Shown here: one piece after another, positions 1-12,602 of the stretch
Numbering within the stretch: position 1 is the first letter of the stretch
Layout of the letters: each line of letters starts with the position of its first letter
Assembly: GCA_951406725.2 (NCBI GenBank)
Contig: OX597822.1
Location: forward strand, 30,628,001 to 30,692,000
Origin: Octopus vulgaris
Taxonomy: Eukaryota
Reading direction: 5' to 3'
Length of the DNA: 64,000 bases
Translations under genes and position numbers: made by a program
The notes under the pieces: generated by a model
What the model was told of the DNA's origin: nothing
The model's database searches: none
What the model saw: the letters and a program-made list of their open reading frames with translations, nothing else

Positions 1-349
1 AAGTAGCGTCCGAGGACCCTTAGGGTATGTCAAAAATTTAAGGTAAAACGTTTGGGGTGGTAGTTATAAAGAAAGTTTAAACAAAAAAGTATTCGAATAA
101 CTTGCGGCTGCAGCAGCTATTAGCAGAAGTGGCGGTGTTGGGGTAAAGTCTCGAATGTAATTTCTTCCTAGTAGGAATTGGTTGGGTTGAATTATCGATA
201 GCTGTTTGATAGTTATTTGGGAGTGAAGAGAAGACATTGCAACCTACACATGCGCCTTCGTTCCCCAGAGGGAAAGGACTAGATTGGGATTAGTCGTTGC
301 CTACTAGGGGCTCTTGCATACCCGGGCAACGCCGGGCTATGCTGCTAGT
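1..349 (+). mobile_element. Non-autonomous Helitron-like element, 3' part
   Basis: Ends in a GC-rich hairpin (CCCGGGCAACGCCGGG) followed by CTAG|T at 345-349. Same terminus type as at 2823 and 35312. Confidence 0.6.
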
Positions 350-465
350 ATGGCTATAAAGGTCTTGTGAATCTAATGCTCAAAGCCTCATTCCCAAAGA
401 TATTCTAGAAAATATTTCAAATTGTTAAGGCAGAAAACAGATTTTTTCAAGAAGTCCATTTCATT

Positions 466-547
466 GTGAACTCAGAATGTAAAGACAGACGAAATACCGC
501 TAAGCAATTAGCTCAACGTGCTAACGTTTCTGCCAGCTCGCCGCCTT
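466..547 (-). mobile_element. SINE family C (GGCGGCGAGCTGGCAG head), 5' fragment
   Basis: Reverse complement matches the heads of the copies at 16714 and 56337. Confidence 0.8.
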
Positions 548-588
548 GATTTCCCACAGATATTGCAAGAACAAAACGTTTAAATGTC

Positions 589-782
589 CTAATATATTCT
601 CAGAGATTGACGATAATTGCGAATATCATTTGCACTGAATATAACATCATGTGTACAAAAGTCAAAAGGCGCTTTGTATTTGAGGACATAAGCGGCAAGG
701 GTACGTGTTATAGAGGGAAGCGTATTACCAAATCTGTAGTCTATAATCATTTTAGGGCTTGACGAAACTTCTTCAGTCACGT
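589..782 (-). CDS. Possible terminal coding exon of an unidentified minus-strand gene
   Basis: Non-repetitive 63-aa ORF preceded by a CTAAT branch-like site and TTCCTGCCATATAG acceptor. No partner exon found. Confidence 0.25.
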
Positions 783-1224
783 CTATATGGCAGGAATGAA
801 CATTAGTTCTCTCCAGGAACGATGTTCCAGAATTAATACTGACAAGTTTGTTTGTTTATACGTTCTGAGAACACTCACCTCCTTAAATATAGTACTAATT
901 CTGGTTGACGAGTATTGATTCGAGAATTTAAATTGCAAATAACATGCTTACAGTCAGAGAAACAGACAGACACTCACGCCCCCCTCACACACAGAGACAC
1001 GCACACACATATATTTCATCATGTTGAAGCATTAATCCCTACACATCTTTTTCTCTTTCCGTTTTTTCCCGTTCTCACTCAACTTTTTTCTTCTCAATAT
1101 TTTCTATCGAAGAGCATAGGCTCGAAACATCAAAGACTATTCCATTCTTCCGAACGTTCAACTAATACACCTGCTTATGCTCCCCCGCCTGTCTACATCT
1201 CTCGTTTTCTGCAAATTTGAACTA

Positions 1225-1289
<65 letters not shown>

Positions 1290-1467
1290 ACAGAGAGAGA
1301 GAGAGAGAGAGCGACGTTATGAGAGGTAAAGGTGTCAATAAGATCCAGAGGTGTCAGGTAATGCTAAATAAGTGCTATGGAGAGACTATATTTAAGCTCC
1401 AGGTTTGGTGATTATGCGAATAAGGAATCCAATATAATATATCAGCATGTATATATATATAATTTTT

Positions 1468-1760
1468 TTTTCAGAATCAGATAAAAATCCAAGGTCGTGA
1501 AAGATTTTAGAACATTTATAAATAGATGGTCTTATAGCTGTTTCCGGGATATTTTATATACCCCTTCATTGGAGACGGTGTGTGAAGACGGTTAAGCAAC
1601 AGTTATTTTAGATAAAATATGAATAACTATTGCTTAACCATTTTCTTACACCATCTCCGATGAAGGGATATATAAAATATCCCGGAAACAGCTATAAGAC
1701 CGTCTCTTTATAAATTTTCTAAAATATTTCACACCCTTGGATTTTTATCTCATTCTGAAA
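1468..1760. mobile_element. Fold-back PLE-derived element in (TA)n with two hammerhead-like motifs
   Basis: 1468-1600 is the inverted repeat of ~1630-1760. Motif TCT-CCGATGA-AGGGATA..TATCCCG-GAAA-CAGCTATA-AGA at 1654-1699 (+), mutated copy at 1530-1575 (-). Confidence 0.75.
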
Positions 1761-1785
1761 GCAATTATATATATATATATATATG

Positions 1786-2032
1786 TATCACGAGATCACG
1801 TGACCGACCAGACCATCAGATGTTGCTACACATCGCTGGTCACAATGCGTTCGCATTGTTTTAGCCTTCGAATGACGCCACCCCGCTGGCTAAGCGAGCA
1901 GGCCAACAGAAGAAAGAGTGAGAGCTTTTAGGTGTTTTCGCTCAATAAACACACACAACGCCCGGTCTGGGAATCGAAACCGCGATCCTACGACCGCGAG
2001 TCGCTGCCCTAACCACTGGGCCATTGCGCCTC

Positions 2033-2034
<2 letters not shown>
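1786..2034 (-). mobile_element. tRNA-derived SINE family A (Octopus OR-like), internally deleted
   Basis: Head TGGAGGCGCAATGGCCCAGTGGTTAG...GTTTCGATTCCC with Pol III A/B boxes. Homologous to copies at 37071, 62533, 63584. Confidence 0.85.
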
Positions 2035-2104
<70 letters not shown>

Positions 2105-2107
<3 letters not shown>

Positions 2108-2823
2108 TTATATATATAAAACTGAGAATGTGTGTCTGTCTGTCTGTGTGTTTCCCTAAAACTTGAGAACTATACAACCAATTTCATTCAAATTTTACAC
2201 ATGCCTTACTTAGGGTCCGGGGAGTGTCATCGGCAAAAAAATGTTCAACTTCTTGCCTAGAGCGAGCTCATAGCAATATCATATCTTCTCCACTATTTCA
2301 GTATTACGTGTTAATAGTGAAACAAAAATATTTCACTATTTTATGTCAGATACTTTCACTTTAACAAGGAAAATAATAATAACAATTGAATTATATGTAG
2401 TAAGTAATAATTAAAATCAAACTAAAGTATAATATAATCGTAACATAAAAAAAAGTAAAAATAGCAATTTGTATAAAATTGCATCAATTATTTGAATTTG
2501 AATAAGTGGTTTCACATGAATGGGAATAAATTAAAAATAAAATTAGTGTGCAGAAATGGAATAAATAGTCCAGATGGATAATAAAAAATTAAATTAAAGA
2601 AAAGACTATTGTCTATAAAGTATACAATGTAGAGAAAAAAGAAGAGCTAACAATTCCAGTCTGTTATATATTTTGAGTATTGTTATCACTAGCGATATCA
2701 AGATATAACTTTGTATTTTGCATTTTATGTGTAGATCTATATATATAGATGTACATGTAATATGTACACATATATACATGCACTAGCACTATGATCCGGC
2801 AACGACGGGTCTTTAATGCTAGT
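2105..2823 (+). mobile_element. Non-autonomous Helitron-like element, complete
   Basis: 5' TCTTTATATATATAAAACTG with (TGTC)n; 3' hairpin CCGGCAACGACGGG then CTAG|T. Confidence 0.6.
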
Positions 2824-3889
2824 ATATATGTATATATATATATATATATACATGCACACAACTTGAGGGAATGGAACAGGGAAAATGCAGGCTACATAGG
2901 ATTCTTCGCGAACTAATTCTCTGATATAATAGTTACTCAATGATGGATGTTCAACGTAGCTTATCATCTGTTCGAAATTAAATTATTTAGATCGATGGTT
3001 ATATTGTCGCTTGAAATTTCCAAGTTAACTCATCGCAGTTGTGAACTGAGATGAATAGCGAAGTCAGAAGTACATAATTAAAAAAAATCCTAAATGATAA
3101 AACGGTCAAGAAGTATGGAAATGGAAAGGATGAGGTCAAATACGCGTGAGTAGGAATCGTATAGAGTTGACAGAAGTGGAAAAAAGGCATGAGAAAGGAA
3201 AGAAAGCGGAGGGAGAGGAAAGCGGATACTCGCTGTCTTCAAGGGGGAAAATGTAGTAGTCATAAATATTTACGTGAGATGTGTGAGGATAGTGGAGCAT
3301 CGGCGGCGCCGGTACATCTAACCATTGGTCTACACCAGAGTACATATACACAGCCACGCACAAACACGCACACGCTTCACACTCGTAGTATTAATTAATT
3401 TTCAGAAGTCAAACACGTATAGTAATAAATTAACGAACGGAAAAACGATACAGAAGGTCAAGTTGAAAAACATGTACTAAATGCACAAACGAACAGAAAC
3501 TAAACGCAGAAGTTCACTAACTCCTCATCAGTTATCGACCAGAACGTCAAACGCAATTTCGTGCCATTGTCGATAATATTGCTTCCATTTTGGAGGCATC
3601 CAACAAGAAAACATGCTGGGAATGAGATGGACAAACAATTGATGAATAAGAAATACAGAAATGGCATACGAAAATGGATGCGTGTGCAGACACACACACA
3701 CACACACACACATGCAGGCACACACGCAAACACTCCTTTATAGGCCATGACCGAGCATACATCTATAGCATGTAAACACTCCTTTGCATATAAGTATACA
3801 CATAGATGCGTGAACGCCCAAAGGCGCTTGCACGCATCCATAGGCATATGAATATACCCACGTACACACACGCATGCATGTGTATGTAC

Positions 3890-4370
3890 TGTGATATAGA
3901 GCTATTCTCCACAACCTCCACCCATCTCAATTAGATATTTAAGACTACTATATTTTACCCCTTAACGACAGTAACTATCCACTCCATTTGCCTTCCAATT
4001 TCTTTCCTCACTCTCTTTTTCTTCATTCCATGAAATCTATACGACACCCATTTGCACATACTTGACCACGTCCACTCTCTTTACATACTCTTTGACTGTT
4101 TTATAGATGCGAATTGTTTTTTTTTTATATTCTTTACTTTTGGCTTCGCTATTCATTAGTTACCTTGAAAATTCAATTAAGGTAATCTCGGCCTGATGAG
4201 TTATTTAAGTTGAGCATCCGTTGTTTAGTAACTATTAGATCAGAAGATCACCTAGCTCAGAAGCATATGTAGCCTATATTTTACCTGCACCACTCCCTCA
4301 AGCTGGAATTTTATTCTCATTTCTAGTAACTCCAGTTGCTTACCGTGAGCTATACAGAATCTATGAGCTC
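3890..4370 (+). mobile_element. Degenerate PLE 3' region with a long-stem-II hammerhead-like motif (4190-4274)
   Basis: GGC-CTGATGA-[~60 nt]-GAAGCATATGT-A-GCC. A diverged homologous segment lies on - at ~2862-2972. Confidence 0.45.
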
Positions 4371-4614
4371 AAAAAATTTCCTCACAACATCGATATGGGA
4401 AAAATTTGGAAACATTCCTTGCCGATAAAGTGTTATTGTTTCCTGATCTTGCACCGTCCACTTTCTTGTTTTCCATACCTGCTACGGACTGCTTGAAACA
4501 TACAAACTTCGTACACTTGGGTCCCTCGATCTTACTTTTGTATATCCACACACACACACACACACACAAACACACGTCTTTGTATACGTCCTCTTCGAAC
4601 GATGGGCTCATAAA

Positions 4615-4805
4615 TCGGTTTCCCGGGTTGCGTGCCATCCTTATTCTCTTCGCAGAATTATTCATATTTACCAACTGAATGTAATGGAGCCACGTGAAAT
4701 AAAGTATGTTGCTCAAGAACACAGCACAACGCCCGATCCATGCAGCGAAACCATAATCCAACGGTCCGATTAAGGATGCAGCATCATAACCACTAATCCA
4801 CGCGT
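4615..4805 (-). mobile_element. Degenerate tRNA-derived SINE
   Basis: Shares the core TGTGTTCTTGAGCAA..ACTTTATTTCACGT.GCTCCA with the SINE at 60495-60830. Confidence 0.6.
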
Positions 4806-5167
4806 CTCCTCGTGCGCGCGCACACACAAACATACACACATATATATATATATGTATATATGTGTATATATATATATACATATATAAGACACAATATGGT
4901 CCCATTATTCCATCGGATTTTGGTAATTTGTGCCTTTCGAAACACGTGTAGAATGAAATAAAACGATTTCTGTTCAATCTGCGTTCAGCTCCATTTCTTC
5001 AATTCACCAATAATGTTCTAATTTCAATTATCCGCACCAACGCACGGTTGCAACACCATATGGTTGTACCTCCAACCGTGCTGTTTTACTGCTGTGATTT
5101 TTGCTACTAAGGTATCGGTTAAACTTTTGATTAATCTACTACAAGATTATTCATCTTTCTATTTCAC

Positions 5168-5266
<99 letters not shown>

Positions 5267-5512
5267 TGGCTTGGTCTGTGGTGATACCTGGGGTTTCATG
5301 TCCGTAAAGCGCTTGGTTTTATAGTGTTTCTTCAGAATCTAACCCCGATCACCTATGGCCTTTTAAGAGAAACTATAAAGGTAAATGATTTATGGCCGTC
5401 AAAGCCCAAGGCAACCCCATAGGCCGGCAATATCAATTTTTATCTATATACTCTACTGCTTTATAACTTCGAGCGTGCTTCTTTTTGGGATTTATGATTT
5501 ACTGATATTACA

Positions 5513-5596
<84 letters not shown>

Positions 5597-5764
5597 CACT
5601 CACACTCATACATACACACATATAGGCAAATGAAAGATAAAACAAAAGAAAAATTAAAAACAAAACAACAAAAGTCAAACGGACGTACACAGAGAATGTG
5701 TTATATAAATACACATGTGTGTACTTATATACATATATTTATACATACGTTCCAACACACATAG

Positions 5765-5838
<74 letters not shown>

Positions 5839-6052
5839 GTCTGTCTGTCTGTGTGCCAAATGTGACCGCGTGTGCACCGTTGGCGATTTTTTTTCCACTG
5901 TCTTCCCTTCTCTGGATCTTTTCTTCTCCTATGTTTCCGACGAAGAGCTCCGCTCAAACATTAAACCATCCTTCTTCCCCTCCTTCCTGAGCGTCCAATA
6001 ATACTATATTTGTTCCACGTCCTCGCGTTATTGTGTTTTCATGTTTGGATTA

Positions 6053-6113
<61 letters not shown>

Positions 6114-6522
6114 GAATGTGTGTGTGTGAGTGTGTGTGTGTATGTGTGTGTGTGTGCCTGTGTGTATACACAGACACGTCCATTTAGACATTGTTTTAGC
6201 ATTGAGGAACAGAGTATAGATGCAGGAAACACTATAATATTAACTTGGTAATAAATGTTTATAGACCGGGACGGGTGTTAATTTGTAACTGCAACGAAGA
6301 CAATGTTTTAAAATGACAGACATTGTAAATTCATCACAGAAGGGCGTCTGTTCATTTAATGTAGAATAACATACTGACGCCAAGAGTTTGTCAATCAGAT
6401 TATTTTGTTTTTATTGCCAGCCTACGAGAAATAGTTTTGAGATATAGACTAAAGTGTCGTCAAAATAAACTTTTGCAGTCACACACCTGCATTCATGCAT
6501 CTGTCTAACTTCCTACTTCTCT

Positions 6523-6558
<36 letters not shown>

Positions 6559-6587
6559 TACTCTCTCTCTCTCTCTGATATATATAT

Positions 6588-6785
6588 CAGCACGGACTTT
6601 GTCAGTGAACAGGTCGCGGATTTTAGCGACGAAAATATTTTGACAAATTAAACTTAAATGTTGGAGTGAATCGAACGGCTTTTGTGTGTTTCTTAAATGG
6701 CTTATAAACACCTTCCACGCTGCAATTGATTTCGTTTCAGCACACGATCTCAGATCAAATTACTTGCTATGCGAGTACATCTCCG

Positions 6786-6790
<5 letters not shown>
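6588..6790 (+). mobile_element. ~200-bp PLE-type non-autonomous repeat in (TA)n
   Basis: Near-identical copy on - at 29663-29865; contains a hammerhead motif. Confidence 0.8.
6598..6647 (+). ncRNA. Minimal type-I hammerhead ribozyme, G3:C8 core variant
   Basis: TTTGTCA | GTGAACA | G GTCGC ggatttta GCGAC | GAA | AATATT | T | TGACAAA: 7-bp stem I, 5-bp stem II, palindromic stem III. Confidence 0.7.
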
Positions 6791-6820
<30 letters not shown>

Positions 6821-6983
6821 AAAAATAGGATAAAATCTTCATAAGAATTTATCAAGTAGTTAGCGTGAAAAACCTGCTTCGAGAATTGTTTCGGTACGAC
6901 ATGTTTATTTATTTTAGTAGTTTTGACTTTAAGAGTCCCTCCTAGTGTGAGGCATCTATGTGTAATAATGCCCTTTATATAAC

Positions 6984-7014
<31 letters not shown>

Positions 7015-9214
7015 AGAGTGTCGATAAATAGATAGATATATTTATATATGTATGTGTGCGTGTGTGCATATATGTGCGTGTGTATGTGCTGCGCGTGTGC
7101 ATTAGTGCCATGCTCTAAAGTCTTGGCTTTTGAGCCACTTATATAGCTTTAGACTCATGCTACCGAAGATCCATTGCAATATTCATGGTGTAGAAGCGAC
7201 AGAGGTTATAACACCGTCCTCGCAGTATGAGACGATTGAAGTGGCAATGTTAACACCCTCTAAATTTTCCAGACATAATTAATATATTAAGTGATGTCCA
7301 TATCATATAAGAAGGTCGTTCTAATCGTGTAAAACTCTTTCTGGTTGCTCGTTTCTTACTTGAGTGGAGTAGAACAAAAAAAAAAAAAAAACGTATTTTA
7401 CTCAATAATTTAACACTCAAGAATTCAAAACTACAATCTGAAGGTCGAAATCCCATCTCTGCAATCCTGAGTAAAGCAAATTAGCTATTAAGGCACGCAC
7501 CTATGTAGTTTAAAGTTAGCGCTGATAAGGAGATATATACCTGCTCTACATTGTATATTGAGTCCGATCTTTTAGTATTTTTACCACCAAACATGGGAAC
7601 AACATAAATACACTGTCACATACACGCACATATGTATCCTACACAAACACAATGCATATATATGAGACAAAGTTTAAAGGTAAATAGACATTGTATTATG
7701 TCCTATTTTCTTTTCATCTGACAGAATACCTTTTCCTTACATGGTCACATACATGACCAAGCAAAATTTTATAGAAATATAACACCACATACTTTTTTAA
7801 AAATTTCGATGATTCAAATTTTCCTAACCTATTTCTTTTCTTACACCAGACATTTACAAACAAAAATTGAATGTGTGTCTAAAATAAATATTTAAAAAAT
7901 AGTTTCATCTAAATTGCGATAAATTTTCTATTTAAATTGCTAAAACGTTTCATCTAAATCGCTATAAATTTTCTATAGAAATGTTGTTACCCTTCTAGAA
8001 ACAAGATACAGTCGGCGGATCTTTATGGTTTTCGCTACTGTTTACAGTCATCTTTAAAAAAATGTTTAATGTATCTTATAGATGTAATTTTTGATCCTGA
8101 ATCCGAATTTGTTAATTATTTATTCCAGAAAAAATTTCCAAAAATGTTACAGGTGTTCAAATTTAGATAATTATGAGAATTTTCAGCCAATCAGAAAACA
8201 GCACGTTCGCTGCCTTTTCCATCATCAGTGGGACACGGGAGGGAGGGGTCAGCTTGTCAAAACATTGTCAGAAATATTAAAATATAGAGGAATGAAGTCA
8301 ACATTAAAACATTCGCGAGCAAATTAAATATTTAAAAGCTACGAAAAAACAAACCAACAGGAGATGCTAGAAGTAACAGTCGAAACATTGTTTAAAACAG
8401 ACATTTATTAGATAAAAAAAATTCAAGAACGAAAGTTTGCAATACACTCTAGGATTTTATAAAATAAACTAGCTGAGCCTGTGCCGTCAAAAATGTAGTA
8501 TAAATTGTAGTATAAATATGGATGGTAAATCAAGTTAATACACTTGTTAATGTTCACCTGTATTCACATACTTCCCTTGTACACGCACACACCTATATAT
8601 ATAATCTCACACAGAGTTGAAACGTTATTTGATTTTTCTTTGAATGTTCGCCATCCCACCAGTTTGCCATCAGCCTTTCCTTCCTTATTCATCTATCACT
8701 CCTTCCTTTCTCATTCATATGTTGTGATGGAGAAAAACACAAGAGTATCTTTATAGTAGACTATCTTTCTCCTATATCCTCCTAGTTGTGCGCATGCGCA
8801 GCATCTTTGGTTACTAAAGAAGCATAATTTTTTGCCACGGTAATGTGTAAAATACTAGCTTCTGATTGGCTAAGATACCCAAATTGTGCAAATTTTAAAG
8901 GCTAATAACTTTTTAATCATGGATTTAGAGGAAAAATGAATTTCATTATCATGATTAGTATACAAAATTTAATCTATATACTAAATTTGAAAAGAATTGG
9001 AATTAAAAATTGTAGACACAAATACCCCAGTTGGCTTCAATGCCGAATAACATTTGTGATTTGTATGCTGGCAAGATTAAATGTTCGTTTCTGTCAGCAT
9101 GAAAACTTAGTTCCAGAAATATAAGAAGAAAATTAGTAAGAGGAATTATATATCCACTTCTCTTTCTCTGCCTGTCTGTCTGTCTATGTACCATCTCTCT
9201 CTCTCTCTCTCTCT

Positions 9215-9690
9215 TAACTTGTATAAAGAATACCGAATACCTTCATGCACTATCTGTCTGATAAGAATATCACACACTCCCACGTCCCTGGCGACGGACC
9301 TGATTGACTTGGAGTGATCGTTGTCAATCATATCCTGTATCTCACCAACAAATTCAGGAGCTCTTTTCTTACAAGTACGTTCAGAGTGAATTTTCTGAGC
9401 TGCCGTACATTTATAATCACACTCATCCAACACTTCTCGAATCCTCTGCACTGTCTTGGGATTGCCACTCAATTACTCTGATGTGTTCGTATTGGAGTTT
9501 CCGGCTCGAATACTAGGCAGTACAGCATGTCGTTTGCAAATTTCTGGCAGCGTAAACCGCATCATGATGTTGCGTTTCCCACAGACGGTGCACAATTAAC
9601 CTTACTATACTCTGTAGTCAGCAAATTGGAAAACAAACGATGCGCATGCGTGAAAATATAAAATGGCGACTATTTGCCCATTGCAGCCTC
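9215..9690 (-). mobile_element. Tc1/mariner-superfamily transposase remnant (N-terminal HTH region)
   Basis: ORF ...IQDMIDNDHSKSIRSVARDVGVCDILIRQIVHEGIRYSLYK resembles the second HTH of Tc1-like transposases. Confidence 0.65.
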
Positions 9691-9748
<58 letters not shown>

Positions 9749-9971
9749 AAATATTGAGTTTCTAAATCTCTCGTAGAGAGGTGTACGGTGGTGGAGCGAT
9801 ATAATGGTTGTATACTGTCAATCTAACAAGAACGTGACAGTAGGGGGTACACCACCGTTATATAGCCCTAGGAGGCATCGAACGCCTCCTGACAGCTTCG
9901 ACACATTTTATCCTGTGTCCTTATATACACATACGAAGGGGAGACAAACACCCCCAACTGCCGGAACTGCA

Positions 9972-10017
9972 TCTAGGGACACCGTGTTTCAGGATCATTG
10001 TCCTTCATCGGCCTAGA
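9972..10017 (-). ncRNA. Minimal type-I hammerhead ribozyme (CCGAUGA core)
   Basis: Reverse complement of the motif at 10132-10177. Confidence 0.75.
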
Positions 10018-10131
10018 GTAGCAGAGCTTCTAAATCTCTATTTTGATAATCAGTGAATAGACTTCACTGACTATAAATATATACAGATACGAAGTCGAGA
10101 CAGACATCGCCAGCTGACCGGTGTCTGCTAC

Positions 10132-10177
10132 TCTAGGCCGATGAAGGACAATGATCCTGAAACACGGTGTCCCTAGA
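10132..10177 (+). ncRNA. Minimal type-I hammerhead ribozyme (CCGAUGA core)
   Basis: TCTAGG | CCGATGA | AGGA caatga TCCT | GAA | ACAC g GTGT | C | CCTAGA. Confidence 0.8.
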
Positions 10178-10450
10178 TGCAGTTCCGCAGTTGGGGTGTT
10201 TGTCTCCCCTTCGTATGTTATATAAGGACACAGGATAAAGTGTCGAGGCGTTCGCATATACGGTGGTGTAACGTTACGTTCTTGTTAGATTGACAGTATA
10301 CAACCATTATATCGTCACCACCGACCCTTCTACGAGAGATTTAAACTCAATATTTCTTATTTTGATAATCAGTGAATAGACTTCACTGACTATAGATATA
10401 TACAGATACGAAGTCGAGACATACATCGCCAGCTGACCGGTGTCTGCTAC

Positions 10451-10496
10451 TCTAGGCCGATGAAGGACAATGATCCTGAAACACGGTGTCCCTAGA
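10451..10496 (+). ncRNA. Minimal type-I hammerhead ribozyme (CCGAUGA core), second tandem copy
   Basis: Identical to 10132-10177, 319 nt downstream. Confidence 0.8.
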
Positions 10497-10658
10497 TGCA
10501 GTTCCGGCAGTTGGGGGTGTTTGTCTCCCCTTCGTATGTGTATATAAGGACACAGGATAAAATGTGTCGAAGCTGTCAGGAGGCGTTCGATGCCTCCTAG
10601 GGCTATATAACGGTGGTGTACCCCCTACTGTCACGTTCTTGTTAGATTGACAGTATAC

Positions 10659-10724
<66 letters not shown>

Positions 10725-10726
<2 letters not shown>

Positions 10727-12431
10727 CGAGGTAAAGTTGTTAGATACCGCACGAGTGGAAATATATATGTGAAAGAAGATTTGAAAATGCAATTTTAAAG
10801 ATGTTCATTCACTTGACGGGTTTCACTTTTCTTAGAAAAAGATTGTCATAAGTAAAATTTAAAGCTTTGTAAAAGCTTTGTTGTATTAAGTACTGGTTGT
10901 CACAAAAGTATTAAAATACATATATACATTCTTTGATAATAATAAGAAAATGTTAAAAACGGTTTAAAAGAAGGTATTTAAGAAAATATTCAACGAAATG
11001 TATTAGGTATTCAATAAAAATCATGTTTGTTTGGTAGTATATATATACACTGAAGGAGATATGTTTAAGAATTCACAAAAAACTTGGAGAGGAACCAATC
11101 TGTCTCTGGCATTTTTCTGCCTTGTGTGTAGCTAAGGAATGTTTGCTATTTTAAGGGAGAGTGTGGGAGGTTGGTTGGGGTGGGGCAAGGAGGAGTAATG
11201 TAGAATTAAAAGAATTTTTTTTCTTGGCTAGTCTGTCATGGTTCAGTGGTTTTTGCTAATGGTCTTATAGGTCCGAATGGTGTGAGTGTATGTGTCTCTG
11301 TGCACGTCTCTATGTGTGTGTATATACATGCGTTTGTGTTTGTGTGTAAGGGCCGTTTTTGATTGGTCCCAGAGTTTATTGTGGTGTGTGTTTTATATTT
11401 GGTAGGATGGTGTGTCTATATGTGTGCACGTTTGTGTGTGTGTATGTGTGATTAATATTTGTTGTGTGCGCGCATGTGTTTGTTCGCGTGTGTGTATTTG
11501 TGCGTCTGTGGGTGCGTGTGTATGTTTGTGTGTTTTGTGTTGGTGGGAATGTTATCTGTGTGTACGTGAGTGTGTGTGTGTCTCTATCTGAGTATGTTAT
11601 TGCTGTTTTAATTGTCCTTGTGTGTGAGCAACCGTATGTGTGTGTGAGGGTGCATATGTAGGGGTGTGTATGTGTGTGTGAGTGTGTTGTATTTATCGGG
11701 GATTCTGTGTGTCCGTGTGTGTTGGGTTATCCGGCAGTGTGTATGTATATGCATGTGCGTTTTGTGTATGTTAGTTCTGTTTATGCGTTTGTGTGTGTTT
11801 GTGTGTATATATGTGGGTATATTTTATGCTGCTTCCTGGTGTGTGTGTGTGTGTGCACATACGTGTGTGAGTAATTTGTTTTGTTTGTATTGTTAGTGCA
11901 GTGTGTGAGTATTCGTATATATATATCGTTCTCCCTCTATATGTATATACACACACATCTATATGTATATGTGTGTGTAGAGAGATAGAGAGAGAGTGAT
12001 ATGTAAGTATGTATGTACCTATCTATCTATCTAGCTGGCGTTGACATACATTCGAAGGTTTAACATTTATTTCTAGCAATATCGGTGCTATTCCACACCC
12101 TCAATGACAATTAGGGAAGATTCAAGTTTTCCATTAAGGTTTTATATTGCGCTTAGCTGCTTATATTAATTTTTAGTATACACATTAGTATATTACTAAA
12201 TCAGCTATAAATTCATATAGTAAGCATATATACTGAAAGACGGTTTTAGCTGAATTCTCCCAGCAATATACAAGACACATAGACACACACAAAGACACCC
12301 ACACGAATACTCACACACGTATGTGCACACACACACACACCAGGAAGCAGCATAAAATATACCCACATATTGCCAGTTTAGCTAATAAAAACACACGCAC
12401 ATAAAAAATCTTGCACAACAAATATTTAAAC

Positions 12432-12513
<82 letters not shown>

Positions 12514-12551
12514 TCTCTCTCTCTCTCTCCACACACACACATATACATATA

Positions 12552-12602
<51 letters not shown>

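Larger units (their letters stand above)
9745..10660. mobile_element. Retrozyme-like/PLE pseudo-LTR array: one inverted plus two tandem ~320-bp units
   Basis: 9745-10025 is the reverse complement of the units at ~10040-10359 and 10360-10660. Flanked by (TA)n on both sides. Confidence 0.85.

Noticed and set aside
2862-2968. Apparent minus-strand exon (AACAG|ATGATAAGC...)
   Set aside because: Homologous to the repeat at 4190-4305, so it is a PLE UTR remnant.
3500-3640. Possible minus-strand exon (ACFLVGCLQNG...)
   Set aside because: Acceptor-like site, but no donor, partner exon or recognisable motif.
7950-8990. Possible non-autonomous DNA transposon with subterminal inverted repeats (CAGCCAATCAGAA/TTCTGATTGGCT)
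   Set aside because: Termini and TSD could not be defined.
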